Assembly: GCA_016783505.1 (NCBI GenBank)
Contig: JADHWK010000001.1
Span: forward strand, 1-64,000
Direction of reading: 5' to 3'
Origin: Candidatus Zhuqueibacterota bacterium
GTDB taxonomy: Bacteria > BS750m-G25
DNA length: 64,000 nt
In this document: positions 30,880 to 40,214 of the stretch, one piece after another
How positions within the stretch are numbered: position 1 is the first letter of the stretch
Layout of the letters: every line of letters starts with the position of its first letter
Notes under the pieces: generated by a model
Database searches by the model: none
Told to the model about the DNA's origin: nothing
What the model saw: the letters and a program-made list of their open reading frames with translations, nothing else
Made by a program: the position numbers and the translations under genes

Positions 30880-32087
30880 GAATTGTTATAGCTAATAAGT
30901 TTTACTATCCTCGTGGTGGTGATTGTAGATATACCATAGAATTAGAAAAGTTGCTGTTGTCTCATGGACATGAAGTAGCAATTTTTTCAATGAAATATCA
31001 AAAAAATCTCTCTAATGAATGGGACAATTATTGGCCAAGAGAGTTAAATTACTCCGAAAAGAATAAAAAAAATGTTTTTAGATCTATATTTAGACCATTA
31101 TATAGTATGGAGGTCAAAAGAAACTTTGAAAAATTTATTAATGAATTCAACCCGGATATTGTTCATTTAAATAATATACATTCACAGTTATCCCCTCTTA
31201 TTGCAAGAATTGCATATAATAAAAACATTCCTGTTATTTGGACTTTGCATGATTACAAACTTCTTTGCCCCGCATATACCTTTTTATCTAATGGAAAAAT
31301 TTGCGAGAAATGTATACGAAACAATAAACTCTTTGTAGTAGTGAATCGATGTATAAAGGGTTCAATAAGAGCCAGCATAATTGGTTATTTGGAATCACTT
31401 ATCTGGAGCAAGAAAAAGTTAAGTCAAATAGTAGACTATTTTATATGTCCAAGCCTTTTTATGAAAAAGAAAATGATTGAGGGTGGTTTTTCATCTAATA
31501 AGCTAATAGTTTTAAACAATTTTATTGGGAATGATTATTTTGATTTTCGAACTTCTGATAAAGAAGATTATTATTGCTACTTTGGTAGAATATCAGTTGA
31601 AAAAGGTTTAGCAACCTTGCTAGAAGTTGCTAAAAGTATTCCTTTTGGATTAAAGATTGTTGGAGAAGGTCCCTCATTATCTCAATATAAACATAAATAC
31701 CAAAATAAATACATTCATTTCTTAGGCTATAAAACAGGAGGCGAATTAAAAGAAGTGATTGAAAGGGCGAAGTTTACGGTTATCCCGTCCAAATGCTATG
31801 AAAATTTTCCATTTTCTATTGTAGAATCGTTTGCATTAGGTACTCCAGTTTTGGGTGCTAGTATAGGTGGCATTCCTGAGTTAGTAAGGGGTGGGGAAAC
31901 TGGTTTAACTTTTGAAGCCGGGAATTCATTGGATTTAAAAGAAAAAATTCTATATCTTTTGGATAACCCTGATGTAATTATAGAAATGGGAAAGAACGCC
32001 AGGAAATTCGTTGACGAAAATCTTAATCAGGAAAAATATTACAAAAAACTAATGAATGTCTATCAAATGGCTATGGCAAAAAATTGA
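30876..32087 (+). CDS. Glycosyltransferase family 4
   Basis: TLHDYKLLCP, YENFPFSIVESFALGTPV. Confidence 0.9.
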   Translation: MRIVIANKFYYPRGGDCRYTIELEKLLLSHGHEVAIFSMKYQKNLSNEWDNYWPRELNYSEKNKKNVFRSIFRPLYSMEVKRNFEKFINEFNPDIVHLNNIHSQLSPLIARIAYNKNIPVIWTLHDYKLLCPAYTFLSNGKICEKCIRNNKLFVVVNRCIKGSIRASIIGYLESLIWSKKKLSQIVDYFICPSLFMKKKMIEGGFSSNKLIVLNNFIGNDYFDFRTSDKEDYYCYFGRISVEKGLATLLEVAKSIPFGLKIVGEGPSLSQYKHKYQNKYIHFLGYKTGGELKEVIERAKFTVIPSKCYENFPFSIVESFALGTPVLGASIGGIPELVRGGETGLTFEAGNSLDLKEKILYLLDNPDVIIEMGKNARKFVDENLNQEKYYKKLMNVYQMAMAKN

Positions 32088-32113
32088 TACTTAAAAAAAT
32101 TGAGAGATAAAAA

Positions 32114-33121
32114 ATGAGGAATATAGTCCAGGCAAGTTTAATTGTTACAAATAGATGTAATGCAAGATGCCAAATGTGTGAAATTTGGAAATATCCAACC
32201 GAACCATCAGAGGAAATAGATCCAAAGTATTATGAAAAATTACCTCCAGGTTTAAGAATTAATGTTACTGGAGGTGAACCCATGATTAGATCAGATATTG
32301 AAGAAACTTTTAAAATTCTTTATCCAAAAGCCTACTTATTGGAATTAAGTACAAATGGTTATTTTACAGACAGAATTGTGCACCTCGCAGAAAAATATCC
32401 AAACATTTTAATTCGGGTAAGCGTTGAAGGATTATCTGCACTTAATGACAAATTAAGAGGTATTCCAAATGGTTTTGATCATGCATTGAGGACAATTTTA
32501 GAGTTAAAAAAAACTAAATGTAAGAATATTGGTTTTTCTGTTGTGATTTCACCACAAAATGTATCTGATCTTCTTCATCTATATGAACTGTGTTGCTATT
32601 TAGGAATAGAGTTGGGAAATTCAGTAATGCACAATTCATGGTATTTTCACAAAATGGATAATCCAATAGCAGGTGATGAAAGAACATGGCGGATGGAAAA
32701 TGAATTTATAAAAGCACACCTAAGGTCGTCCCGTAGAGGTATAAAAAACAAACTGAAGGATTATGCTAGGGCATATTTTAATATGAGTATTTCAAAAAGA
32801 TTACGGGGTGATCCTCCAGGTTATCGCCCTCCATGTGGAGCGGGCACAGATTTCTTTTTTGTTGACCCCTGGGGAAACGTCTCTCCTTGTAACGGTTCGG
32901 ATGATGAATGGATAATGGGCAACTTAAAAGATAACTCGTTTGAAAATATTATGAATTCCGAAAAAGCTAAAGAAGCGATGGAAAAAGTTCGGAATTGTAA
33001 GAAAGAATGTTGCTTTGTCGTCACCGAACGCCATGATATAGTTCGTAGACCATGGAAAGTATTCTACTGGATTTTGAAAAACAAAATAAAATTGGCATTA
33101 AATTTTCCTGTGGAGTTTTAA
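32114..33121 (+). CDS. Radical SAM protein with SPASM/Twitch-like C-terminus
   Basis: CNARCQMC, TGGEP, CGAG...DPWGNVSPC...GNL...C..C. Confidence 0.88.
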   Translation: MRNIVQASLIVTNRCNARCQMCEIWKYPTEPSEEIDPKYYEKLPPGLRINVTGGEPMIRSDIEETFKILYPKAYLLELSTNGYFTDRIVHLAEKYPNILIRVSVEGLSALNDKLRGIPNGFDHALRTILELKKTKCKNIGFSVVISPQNVSDLLHLYELCCYLGIELGNSVMHNSWYFHKMDNPIAGDERTWRMENEFIKAHLRSSRRGIKNKLKDYARAYFNMSISKRLRGDPPGYRPPCGAGTDFFFVDPWGNVSPCNGSDDEWIMGNLKDNSFENIMNSEKAKEAMEKVRNCKKECCFVVTERHDIVRRPWKVFYWILKNKIKLALNFPVEF

Positions 33122-33123
33122 CG

Positions 33124-34227
33124 GTGAAAATCGCTGTTTTCGGAATAAGGGGTTTTCCTAAAGTTCAGGGGGGTGTAGAAAAACATTGTGAGGAATTATA
33201 TCCACGTTTAGCTAATTTTGGTTGTAAAATGGTAGTATTTACAAGGACACCGTTTATTCCAAGAAAGAACAGAGTTAAAAAATGGAAAAAGGTTCATTTT
33301 ATTCATTTATGGTGTCCAAAAGTTAAAGGTTTAGAGGCTTTATTTCACTCTTTCTTGGCATCTTTAATAACTCTATCTAAAAATCCTGAAATGGTTCATA
33401 TACATAATATTGGTCCATCATTATTCTTGCCCTTATTAAAAATATTCGGGTTAAAGGTAATTGTTACTTATCATAGCCCAAATTATGAACATGAGAAATG
33501 GAACTATCTATCAAAAAAGATATTAAAATTGGCTGAGAGAATCGTTATGCGTTTAGCCGATAGGGTTATATTTATTTCTAATTTTCAATTCAAAAAGTTA
33601 GGGTCTCTTTCAAAAAGCCAATGTATTCCAAATGGGATAGTACTACCTAAAGCTCCTTTGCAAAATGATTATTTATCCTATTTGAATCTTAATAATACCA
33701 AATACATTTTAGGAGTTGGTAGGCTTACACCTGAGAAAGGTTTTCTTGATCTAGTTAAAATATTTTCTAAGTTTGATAATAATTGGAAACTGGTAATAGT
33801 AGGCGGTGCTGATTATAAAAGTAAATACTATAATGATATTATTAGACATGCAAACCAAAATAAAAATATTATCTTAACGGGAATATTATCAAGTGAACCA
33901 TTATCTCAATTATATTCTGCCGCTTCATTATTTGTTCTTCCATCTTATCACGAGGGGCAGTCTTTGGCATTATTAGAAGCTTTAAGTTATGGACTTCCAG
34001 TATTAGTAAGTGATATTCATGCAAATAAAGAATTCAAATTACCAAAATATAGGTATTACCCTCTAGCTGATTTAGAAGCTCTTAATATAAAAATTAAAAG
34101 TTCAATGAAAATAGGTATAAATAATAAAGAAAAAAAAGATCAGATTGAAATGTTGAAACAAAACTATAATTGGTCCAAAATTGCGAAACAAACTTTTCAA
34201 GTTTATAATAGTGTCACGAATTTTTGA
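33124..34227 (+). CDS. Glycosyltransferase family 4
   Basis: KIAVFGIRGFPKVQGGVE, PSYHEG..LALLEA; GTG start at 33124. Confidence 0.9.
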   Translation: MKIAVFGIRGFPKVQGGVEKHCEELYPRLANFGCKMVVFTRTPFIPRKNRVKKWKKVHFIHLWCPKVKGLEALFHSFLASLITLSKNPEMVHIHNIGPSLFLPLLKIFGLKVIVTYHSPNYEHEKWNYLSKKILKLAERIVMRLADRVIFISNFQFKKLGSLSKSQCIPNGIVLPKAPLQNDYLSYLNLNNTKYILGVGRLTPEKGFLDLVKIFSKFDNNWKLVIVGGADYKSKYYNDIIRHANQNKNIILTGILSSEPLSQLYSAASLFVLPSYHEGQSLALLEALSYGLPVLVSDIHANKEFKLPKYRYYPLADLEALNIKIKSSMKIGINNKEKKDQIEMLKQNYNWSKIAKQTFQVYNSVTNF

Positions 34228-34241
34228 GATAGGGAGAGCAG

Positions 34242-35672
34242 TTGCTAAAACAACACCGCACACTATTTAGCGCCTTATTCATCGCCTTCGACTTCCTGAT
34301 ACTCAACTTAGCTTTTCTGTTGGCCTACCAGATCCGGTTCCTCGGCAGGAGCATCATAGTAGATCAAATCTACTTTCAGTTACTGCTTGTTTCCAACCTG
34401 ACCTGGTTAATAGGAATTTCCGCATTCAGTTTATACGGTGAGAGAAGAACGGAAAGGCTTTTTGCCGAAATCTATCCGGTTCTAAAAACTATTTTCGTCG
34501 TATTTGTTTTAATATTTTCCTTTATCACCCTTTACAAAGCCCATTACTACTCCCGCCTGTTTTTGGGTTACTTTTTAATTTTAATCACTGTTTTACTTAT
34601 TCTGAGCCGCGTCACTACCTGGGCGGTGTTTCGCTGGCTGCGGAAAAGGGGCCGCAACACCCGGAATTTGCTCATCGTTGGCGCCGGAAGGGCCGGGGAA
34701 AAATTACTGGATCTTATTGAGGATAACCCGGGCTATGGCTATCGGATGGCCTATTATTTAGATGATAGGCCCGGTGAGGGGCTGCTGGCCCGCTTGAAGA
34801 AGTTAAAAGATCTCAAAGTAGGAAAAGTTAAAGAACTGGAAGGAATTCTTGCCAACAATCCTATGTCCAAAATGGGGGACATTGAGGAGGTGTTGATTGC
34901 CCTGCCCTTATCGAATGGTAAAGTGATTAATAGCCTGATAAGCACCTGTGATTATTACGGCATAAAGCCTAAAGTCATCCCCGATTTCTTCTGGTCCCTC
35001 CCCCAGAAAATTTCCCTTGACAGCTTTGCCGATGTGCCAGTAATTTCGTTACGGGAATTTCCATTAGATTATGCCCACAACAGGCTTTTGAAAAGATGTT
35101 TTGATATTTTGGTTTCGTCCCTGATACTCTTATTTTATCCCATAATTTATGCAATAATCGGAACCGCCATAAAACTGTCATCCAGGGGGCCGGTATACTT
35201 TAAACAGGAGCGCACTGGGTTGAATAATAGGAATTTCGACTTTTATAAATTCCGTTCCATGCAGCAGCATTCACCTGAGATAGCCAACACCCTTCAGGCC
35301 ACCAAAGATGATCCCCGCATTACGGCGGTGGGACGCTTCTTAAGGAAAACCAATCTGGATGAGATTCCCCAGATCATCAATGTGTTCAAAGGAAACATGA
35401 GCTTAGTCGGTCCCCGCCCCCATATGCTGAAGCATACCGACCAATACCAGAAACTGGTGCCCAAATATATGGTTCGCCACCTTATAAAACCCGGCATGAC
35501 AGGGTGGGCCCAGGTGAACGGCTATCGGGGGGAAACTAAGCGGGTGGAATTGATGAAAAGAAGGGTGGAATATGACCTTTATTACATTGAGAACTGGTCG
35601 TTCTGGTTTGATATAAAGATTTTATTCCTTACCCTATGGGTGGTGCTCAAAGGGCAGGAGATGGCGTATTAA
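34242..35672 (+). CDS. wcaJ: WcaJ-like undecaprenyl-phosphate hexose-1-phosphate transferase
   Basis: N-terminal TM helices, [44 protein letters not shown]. Confidence 0.9.
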   Translation: MLKQHRTLFSALFIAFDFLILNLAFLLAYQIRFLGRSIIVDQIYFQLLLVSNLTWLIGISAFSLYGERRTERLFAEIYPVLKTIFVVFVLIFSFITLYKAHYYSRLFLGYFLILITVLLILSRVTTWAVFRWLRKRGRNTRNLLIVGAGRAGEKLLDLIEDNPGYGYRMAYYLDDRPGEGLLARLKKLKDLKVGKVKELEGILANNPMSKMGDIEEVLIALPLSNGKVINSLISTCDYYGIKPKVIPDFFWSLPQKISLDSFADVPVISLREFPLDYAHNRLLKRCFDILVSSLILLFYPIIYAIIGTAIKLSSRGPVYFKQERTGLNNRNFDFYKFRSMQQHSPEIANTLQATKDDPRITAVGRFLRKTNLDEIPQIINVFKGNMSLVGPRPHMLKHTDQYQKLVPKYMVRHLIKPGMTGWAQVNGYRGETKRVELMKRRVEYDLYYIENWSFWFDIKILFLTLWVVLKGQEMAY

Positions 35673-35884
35673 TCAGAAATTAGAAACTTGAAGTCAGAAA
35701 CTAGAAAAAGAAACTAGAAACCTGAAATCAGAAATATGAAACTAGTTGTAGCGCAGCGGAAACCCGTAAGGGAAACAAGAAACTAGAGGGGTATTGAAAT
35801 TCAGGGAGAACGGAAAAGAAATGGATAAATGGATAAACGGCTGAAAGGCAAAATTGCTAAATGGCTAAACTGTTGAATGGCTAA
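35671..35884 (+). repeat. Degenerate 7-mer tract (GAAACTA/GAAATCA) followed by an 8-mer tract (ATGGATAA/ATGGCTAA)
   Basis: Visible periodicity; related tracts at 36787-36833, 37182-37312, 37767-37830, 40529-40555, 41430-41552, 44386-44455, 45726-45860, 54866-54906. Confidence 0.85.
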
Positions 35885-35978
35885 AAATACAATTTAACGA
35901 CGTAGTAATTCAAATAATATATCCAAAAGTAATTGAGACCATAAAATTTCGTTTTTTAGTTATAAAGTGAGGTAACCC

Positions 35979-36257
35979 ATGATGACAGAAATTATTGAAT
36001 TGAAAAAAAAGGGAATATATCTTCGCAGAAAATTTCTTGAACAATTAGGTTTGAAAACTGGTGACCGAGTGATTATTGAGGTGAAGCCTAAAAGCGTAGA
36101 GGTTGTTCCTTTAACCCATAATCAAGCAACCCTTAAGCTTCTTGAACGGCTTTCACTACCTGCTGGAGCGCTAAAGAATAAAGCTGAGAATCCAGATGCG
36201 AGAATAGATTTACAAGATGAGATCGGCGGAGATATCTATGATGAGAGTATTGATTGA
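35979..36257 (+). CDS. AbrB/MazE-type antitoxin
   Basis: KGIYLRRKFLEQLGLKTGDRVIIEV swapped-hairpin motif. Confidence 0.75.
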   Translation: MMTEIIELKKKGIYLRRKFLEQLGLKTGDRVIIEVKPKSVEVVPLTHNQATLKLLERLSLPAGALKNKAENPDARIDLQDEIGGDIYDESID

Positions 36258-36720
36258 TACTCGCCTTTGGGGGTTGGCTTTGAAGGTCCCCTATTATGAT
36301 GACAAAGATCCAGTTAAGGAATATGCTCTGCAGGCTGATCACTTTATTAGGGAACGCTTAGAGCAGGATCTGATTTGCGTTACGACACAATTGCTGGCTG
36401 AAATTCATCATGTCTTGACGACCAGGGGTAGGAAACTACCATCATCTGATGCAGAGGTGGTGGTTAAAGAAATTCTGGATAGCGAGCGTTCTATTTTTCG
36501 TAATCCTAATAAGGATACAATCTTACAGGCTCTACGGCTTAGCACCAAATGTGATATCCATATCTGGGACTTTCTACTTGTATTGCCATTTAAAGGCGAA
36601 TTGGACAGAATTTATACTATGGATCCTCATTTTAGAGAATGTAAGCATTTGCAAGTTGCCCCTGTCGAAAATCCACTGGGGGTATGGAGGTTAGAAGGCG
36701 CATTATTAGGTAAAAATTAA
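36241..36720 (+). CDS. PIN-domain (VapC-like) toxin
   Basis: MRVLIDT, LAEI, IWDFL, YTMDPHF. Confidence 0.85.
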   Translation: MRVLIDTRLWGLALKVPYYDDKDPVKEYALQADHFIRERLEQDLICVTTQLLAEIHHVLTTRGRKLPSSDAEVVVKEILDSERSIFRNPNKDTILQALRLSTKCDIHIWDFLLVLPFKGELDRIYTMDPHFRECKHLQVAPVENPLGVWRLEGALLGKN

Positions 36721-36746
36721 TTCTTCTATGATTTTACTGTAAGGGG

Positions 36747-36820
36747 CCGGTTTACTTTAAGCAGGAGCGCAGCGGAAACCCGTAAGGGAAATCAGAAATC
36801 TGAAACTAGAAGTGTGAAAT
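36747..36820 (+). repeat. 74-bp direct repeat (second copy 37727-37800), beginning with a wcaJ GPVYFKQER fragment
   Basis: One mismatch between copies; 36743-36771 matches wcaJ 35186-35214 with two synonymous changes. Confidence 0.9.
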
Positions 36821-37186
36821 ATGAAGTATGAAAAAGAAGAAAAACCGGAAGATCTAAAAGTCAGAACTAAGAAGTATGCCTTACGGGTGATTAAACTGGT
36901 AAATACCCTTCCCAAAAACATGGTAGCCCATGAAATCGGAAGACAGTTGTTGAAGGCGGGGACATCGGTAGGTGCGAATACGCGATCAGCATATCGTGGG
37001 AGGTCAAGAAAAGAATTTATTTCCAAAATAGGGGTTGTTATTGAAGAATGTGATGAATCGCTTTTCTGGATGGAAATTTTAGTTGAATCTGGAATTATGA
37101 AAGAAAATATTTTAAAACCTTTAATGAATGAGGCTGACGAATTGATTTCCATATTTGTATCTATTTCAAAGAAAAACAAGCAATAG
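36821..37186 (+). CDS. Four-helix-bundle protein (23S rRNA IVP/TIGR02436-like)
   Basis: DLKVRTKKYALRVI, RQLLKAGTSVGAN, EFISKIGVVIEECDESLFWMEIL. Confidence 0.9.
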   Translation: MKYEKEEKPEDLKVRTKKYALRVIKLVNTLPKNMVAHEIGRQLLKAGTSVGANTRSAYRGRSRKEFISKIGVVIEECDESLFWMEILVESGIMKENILKPLMNEADELISIFVSISKKNKQ

Positions 37187-37332
37187 AAAACTAGAAAGCC
37201 GAAACTTGAAGTATGAAAAAAATATGAAAAACAATTATTTCCAACTTCCACCTTTTCCAAAGGGATCCCGAGACTTCGGGACAAGTTTCTAGTTTCAATG
37301 TTTTTAGTTTTAAAATAGAGGGGGTTTTACCA

Positions 37333-37602
37333 ATGGCAATCAAAGTGGATTTATCGGAATTTAAGGTGTTAGATTCACCGAACGATATTGAAGTTCCTGA
37401 TTGGATGAGCAGGATAAGAAGCGAAGATATGCCAGAGTTTATTGCGGATATTGTGAAGGCTTATTTATATGGATTGAGAACCGGGGATTTTTCAAAGGCT
37501 AAAGAAGAACTGGAAACCTGGCGAGAGACCGTTGAGCTATGTTATGATCTTCCTGAAAAGGAGGAGGTGTCGGTTCGGTGGAGGGACCTTAAGGATGTAT
37601 GA
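37333..37602 (+). CDS. Putative antitoxin
   Basis: 89 aa, acidic, ending VRWRDLKDV; overlaps a RelE-like remnant. Confidence 0.5.
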   Translation: MAIKVDLSEFKVLDSPNDIEVPDWMSRIRSEDMPEFIADIVKAYLYGLRTGDFSKAKEELETWRETVELCYDLPEKEEVSVRWRDLKDV

Positions 37603-37720
37603 GAAGGGCAAGTACAGGATAAAAACCCCTTTCGGTTATCGCATTGTCTACGAAATAGCCGAGAAGGAATCATTGGTTAGGATTTATAAGATTGATACAC
37701 GGGTAAGTATTGGTTATTAA
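37595..37720 (+). pseudogene. RelE/ParE-like toxin, internally deleted
   Basis: MYE joined to KYRIK..GYRIVYEI.....V.IYKI (RelE C-terminal half); only 41 codons. Confidence 0.6.
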
Positions 37721-37971
37721 AATGGTCCGGTTTACTTTAAGCAGGAGCGCAACGGAAACCCGTAAGGGAAATCAGAAATCTGAAACTAGAAGTGTGAAAT
37801 CAGAAATATTAAACTAGAAAGCAGAAGTTAGTGAAGATGAGCTATGCCGGTTTTTTACTAATCCTAACTTGGATCTGTATGGACCGGCTTTCATTTTTTT
37901 CTTGTGAAAGGGGATTTTTTGTTGTATATTTTAAAAAATCACTAACCACTTTGTAATCCAGAAGCATTATT

Positions 37972-38289
37972 GTGAAAAAAGAGATAGATTTTATATACTA
38001 CTTCGATTTAGACAATCGACTTAGAGTAAGTGCATTGAAGGAAAAGAAGGAAATACAGGAATTTATTGTTCAATATGAAGCCTTTATTCAAAAGAAATGG
38101 CGGTCCATTGTTCGATACGACACAAGTCACGGTTTTATTCATAAGGACACTATGCATCCAGATCAAAAACAGGACAAATTCCCTATATTTTTTATGACCT
38201 ATGAAGTGGCATTTACCTATGCCATAGCCGATATCAAGAGGTTTTGGCAAATATATCGGGATAATTATGAAAAGGAGATAAGGAAATGA
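37972..38289 (+). CDS. Small TA-like toxin candidate (RYD..HG..H motif)
   Basis: IVRYDTSHGFIHKD; ATGA overlap with the next gene; TTGTGA-17-TATATT promoter at 37902-37930. Confidence 0.55.
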   Translation: MKKEIDFIYYFDLDNRLRVSALKEKKEIQEFIVQYEAFIQKKWRSIVRYDTSHGFIHKDTMHPDQKQDKFPIFFMTYEVAFTYAIADIKRFWQIYRDNYEKEIRK

Positions 38290-38537
38290 AGCAAGAAGAA
38301 TTAGCGGAAAAGAACTTGGATCTCTTCCATGAATTCATGATGTATGTCTTAGAGAAGCCCGATATCCTTGACCGAATACCCAAGGGTGCTCAGCTTGTTA
38401 TTCTTCCTGAGGATGATCCGGAACTTTGTCAGAAAAATCTGGAAATTGTACGTAAGAGAAAGGAAGAAGGTCAAACGGTGGTAACCGTGAAGATGCTCAC
38501 CCCTAAACGAGTAGTGCCCAAAATAGCAGTGTCTTAG
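38286..38537 (+). CDS. DUF5647-like small protein, putative antitoxin
   Basis: KNLDLFHEF..YVLE.PDIL..IPKGAQLVILPEDDPELC pattern (family recalled, not searched). Confidence 0.55.
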   Translation: MKQEELAEKNLDLFHEFMMYVLEKPDILDRIPKGAQLVILPEDDPELCQKNLEIVRKRKEEGQTVVTVKMLTPKRVVPKIAVS

Positions 38538-38579
38538 TTTGAACTAATTTGTATAAATGACTACTGTCCTGATAATTCC

Positions 38580-38918
38580 AATGATCCCCGAATAACAAAA
38601 TTTGGAAAATTTATCCGTAAATATAGTCTCGATGAATTGCCGCAATTATTCAATGTTCTAAAGGGTAATATGAGTCTTGTGGGCCCAAGGCCATGCTTGC
38701 CTTATGAATGGGATGCTTATGACAGATGGCATAAAAGGAGGCTTGATGTGAGACCTGGATGTACGGGGCTCTGGCAGGTAAGCAGCAGAAGCGAAGTTGG
38801 ATTTGATGATTCTGTCATTCTCGATTTATACTATATTCAAAACATGTCACCCTGGTTTGATCTTCAATTAATTCTAAAAACCATACCAACGATGATTACC
38901 GGATATGGTGGAAAATGA
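38580..38918 (+). pseudogene. 3' fragment of a second, paralogous sugar transferase
   Basis: [38 protein letters not shown] through to a stop; no N-terminus. Confidence 0.85.
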
Positions 38919-39480
38919 GCAACGAACAAGACGAACTGAACTAACATTTTTACTAAAAGCTGAGTAAAGCACATTGTTTTACAAGCAAAGTATGTGTGGA
39001 GCAAACAGCAATCAATTAGGTTCCCTCCCCCTTGCCCCCCACCTATCCTCCCCCCATAATGGTGGGAGAACAAAGAAGGGGGGATTAATATGGGGGAGGG
39101 TTTCGGTCAGGTCAGTCAGGCGGGTATTTTGCAGAACTATCGCAATTGATAATTTAGGGGTTTTATGTTTGGAACCGCTCTAAAGAGCGATTCTGGTTAA
39201 CTAATTGCTAAACAAAATATTAACTAGAACCTTATCCCGATGCTTCGGGATAGGTTCTGGACATTAGCAACGTTTACTAGTTGTGCCACAGACCCAGGCG
39301 CATGACTGATCGGTCAGGCGCCCGACTGAAGGGAGGGGAATGGAAAGGATAGATACTAATGACATTCCGCCGTTGCCAACGAATGGCGATATCCGCTCAT
39401 ATTTTTTATGAAGTTGACCAAAAGGCAACCGTAGCGGTGAATGAAATATAGGTATTTATTAAGATAAGGAAGGGTTTGAG

Positions 39481-39723
39481 ATGGCATGCCGTAAAAAAGT
39501 GTTGAGCGTTCCCCCCTCTTTTTTGGAGATAGAACAATTAGCCAGATACTACGCAAAAGGGAAAGGGATTTCATTTTCAGCCTTTGTCTGGCAAGCAGTT
39601 GAGCATTATATACGGGAACAATTAGGTGAAGAAGAACTTCCTGCTGATGTTATCTGTGAACTTGATATTATGGAAAAAGAAATGGATCAGGGTGGGTATC
39701 TTCTGCTTCAGAACTTAAAATGA
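39481..39723 (+). CDS. RHH-like antitoxin
   Basis: LSVPPSFL....YAKGKGISFSAFVWQAVEHY; ATGA overlap with RelE. Confidence 0.65.
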   Translation: MACRKKVLSVPPSFLEIEQLARYYAKGKGISFSAFVWQAVEHYIREQLGEEELPADVICELDIMEKEMDQGGYLLLQNLK

Positions 39724-39977
39724 CCTGGGAGGTCAGGATATCCCGAGAAGTTGTTCGATACCTTTCCCGCATGGAAGAGAAGCGGAGCCAGATACTCCGA
39801 GAAATATTAAAAGGCTTTCGTGAAAATCCCTTTGTGGGAGATGTAAAACCGATAAAAGTACGTCCCAGCATGTATCGCAGGCGAGTGGGTGCATGTAGAA
39901 TCATCTAATCGATTGACTATGAAGCTCATATTGTTAAAGTACTGAGGATAGGAACAAGAGGGGATATCTACAAGTAG
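39720..39977 (+). pseudogene. relE: RelE-family toxin with nonsense mutation
   Basis: MTWEVRIS...YRRRVGACRII*SID...VKVLRIGTRGDIYK*; in-frame TAA at 39906-39908. Confidence 0.85.
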
Positions 39978-40088
39978 TGAAGACCAGAGTTCACTGACCT
40001 TATTATAGAATGGGCTTCGGCATAGAAAGAGTACCTAATTTTATAGATTAATAGCTAACAATCATTATCTTTTTAGTTTATTTTTGTT

Positions 40089-40182
40089 AGGGTTTGTTCG
40101 TTCAGCGGTCAAATAGAAGATTTTGTAAAAAGAGTGACAGCAGTTCTGAAGAGTGAATCTCAAAATTGAAGTCAAAATCGAT
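40089..40182 (+). pseudogene. 3'-end fragment of the 45048-45494 toxin-like gene
   Basis: Aligns with 45414-45507 (FSGQIEDFVKRV.AVL.SESQN* and downstream bases). Confidence 0.85.
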
Positions 40183-40214
40183 TATGGTCCATATTTCTGA
40201 AAATCCTTATCTAA

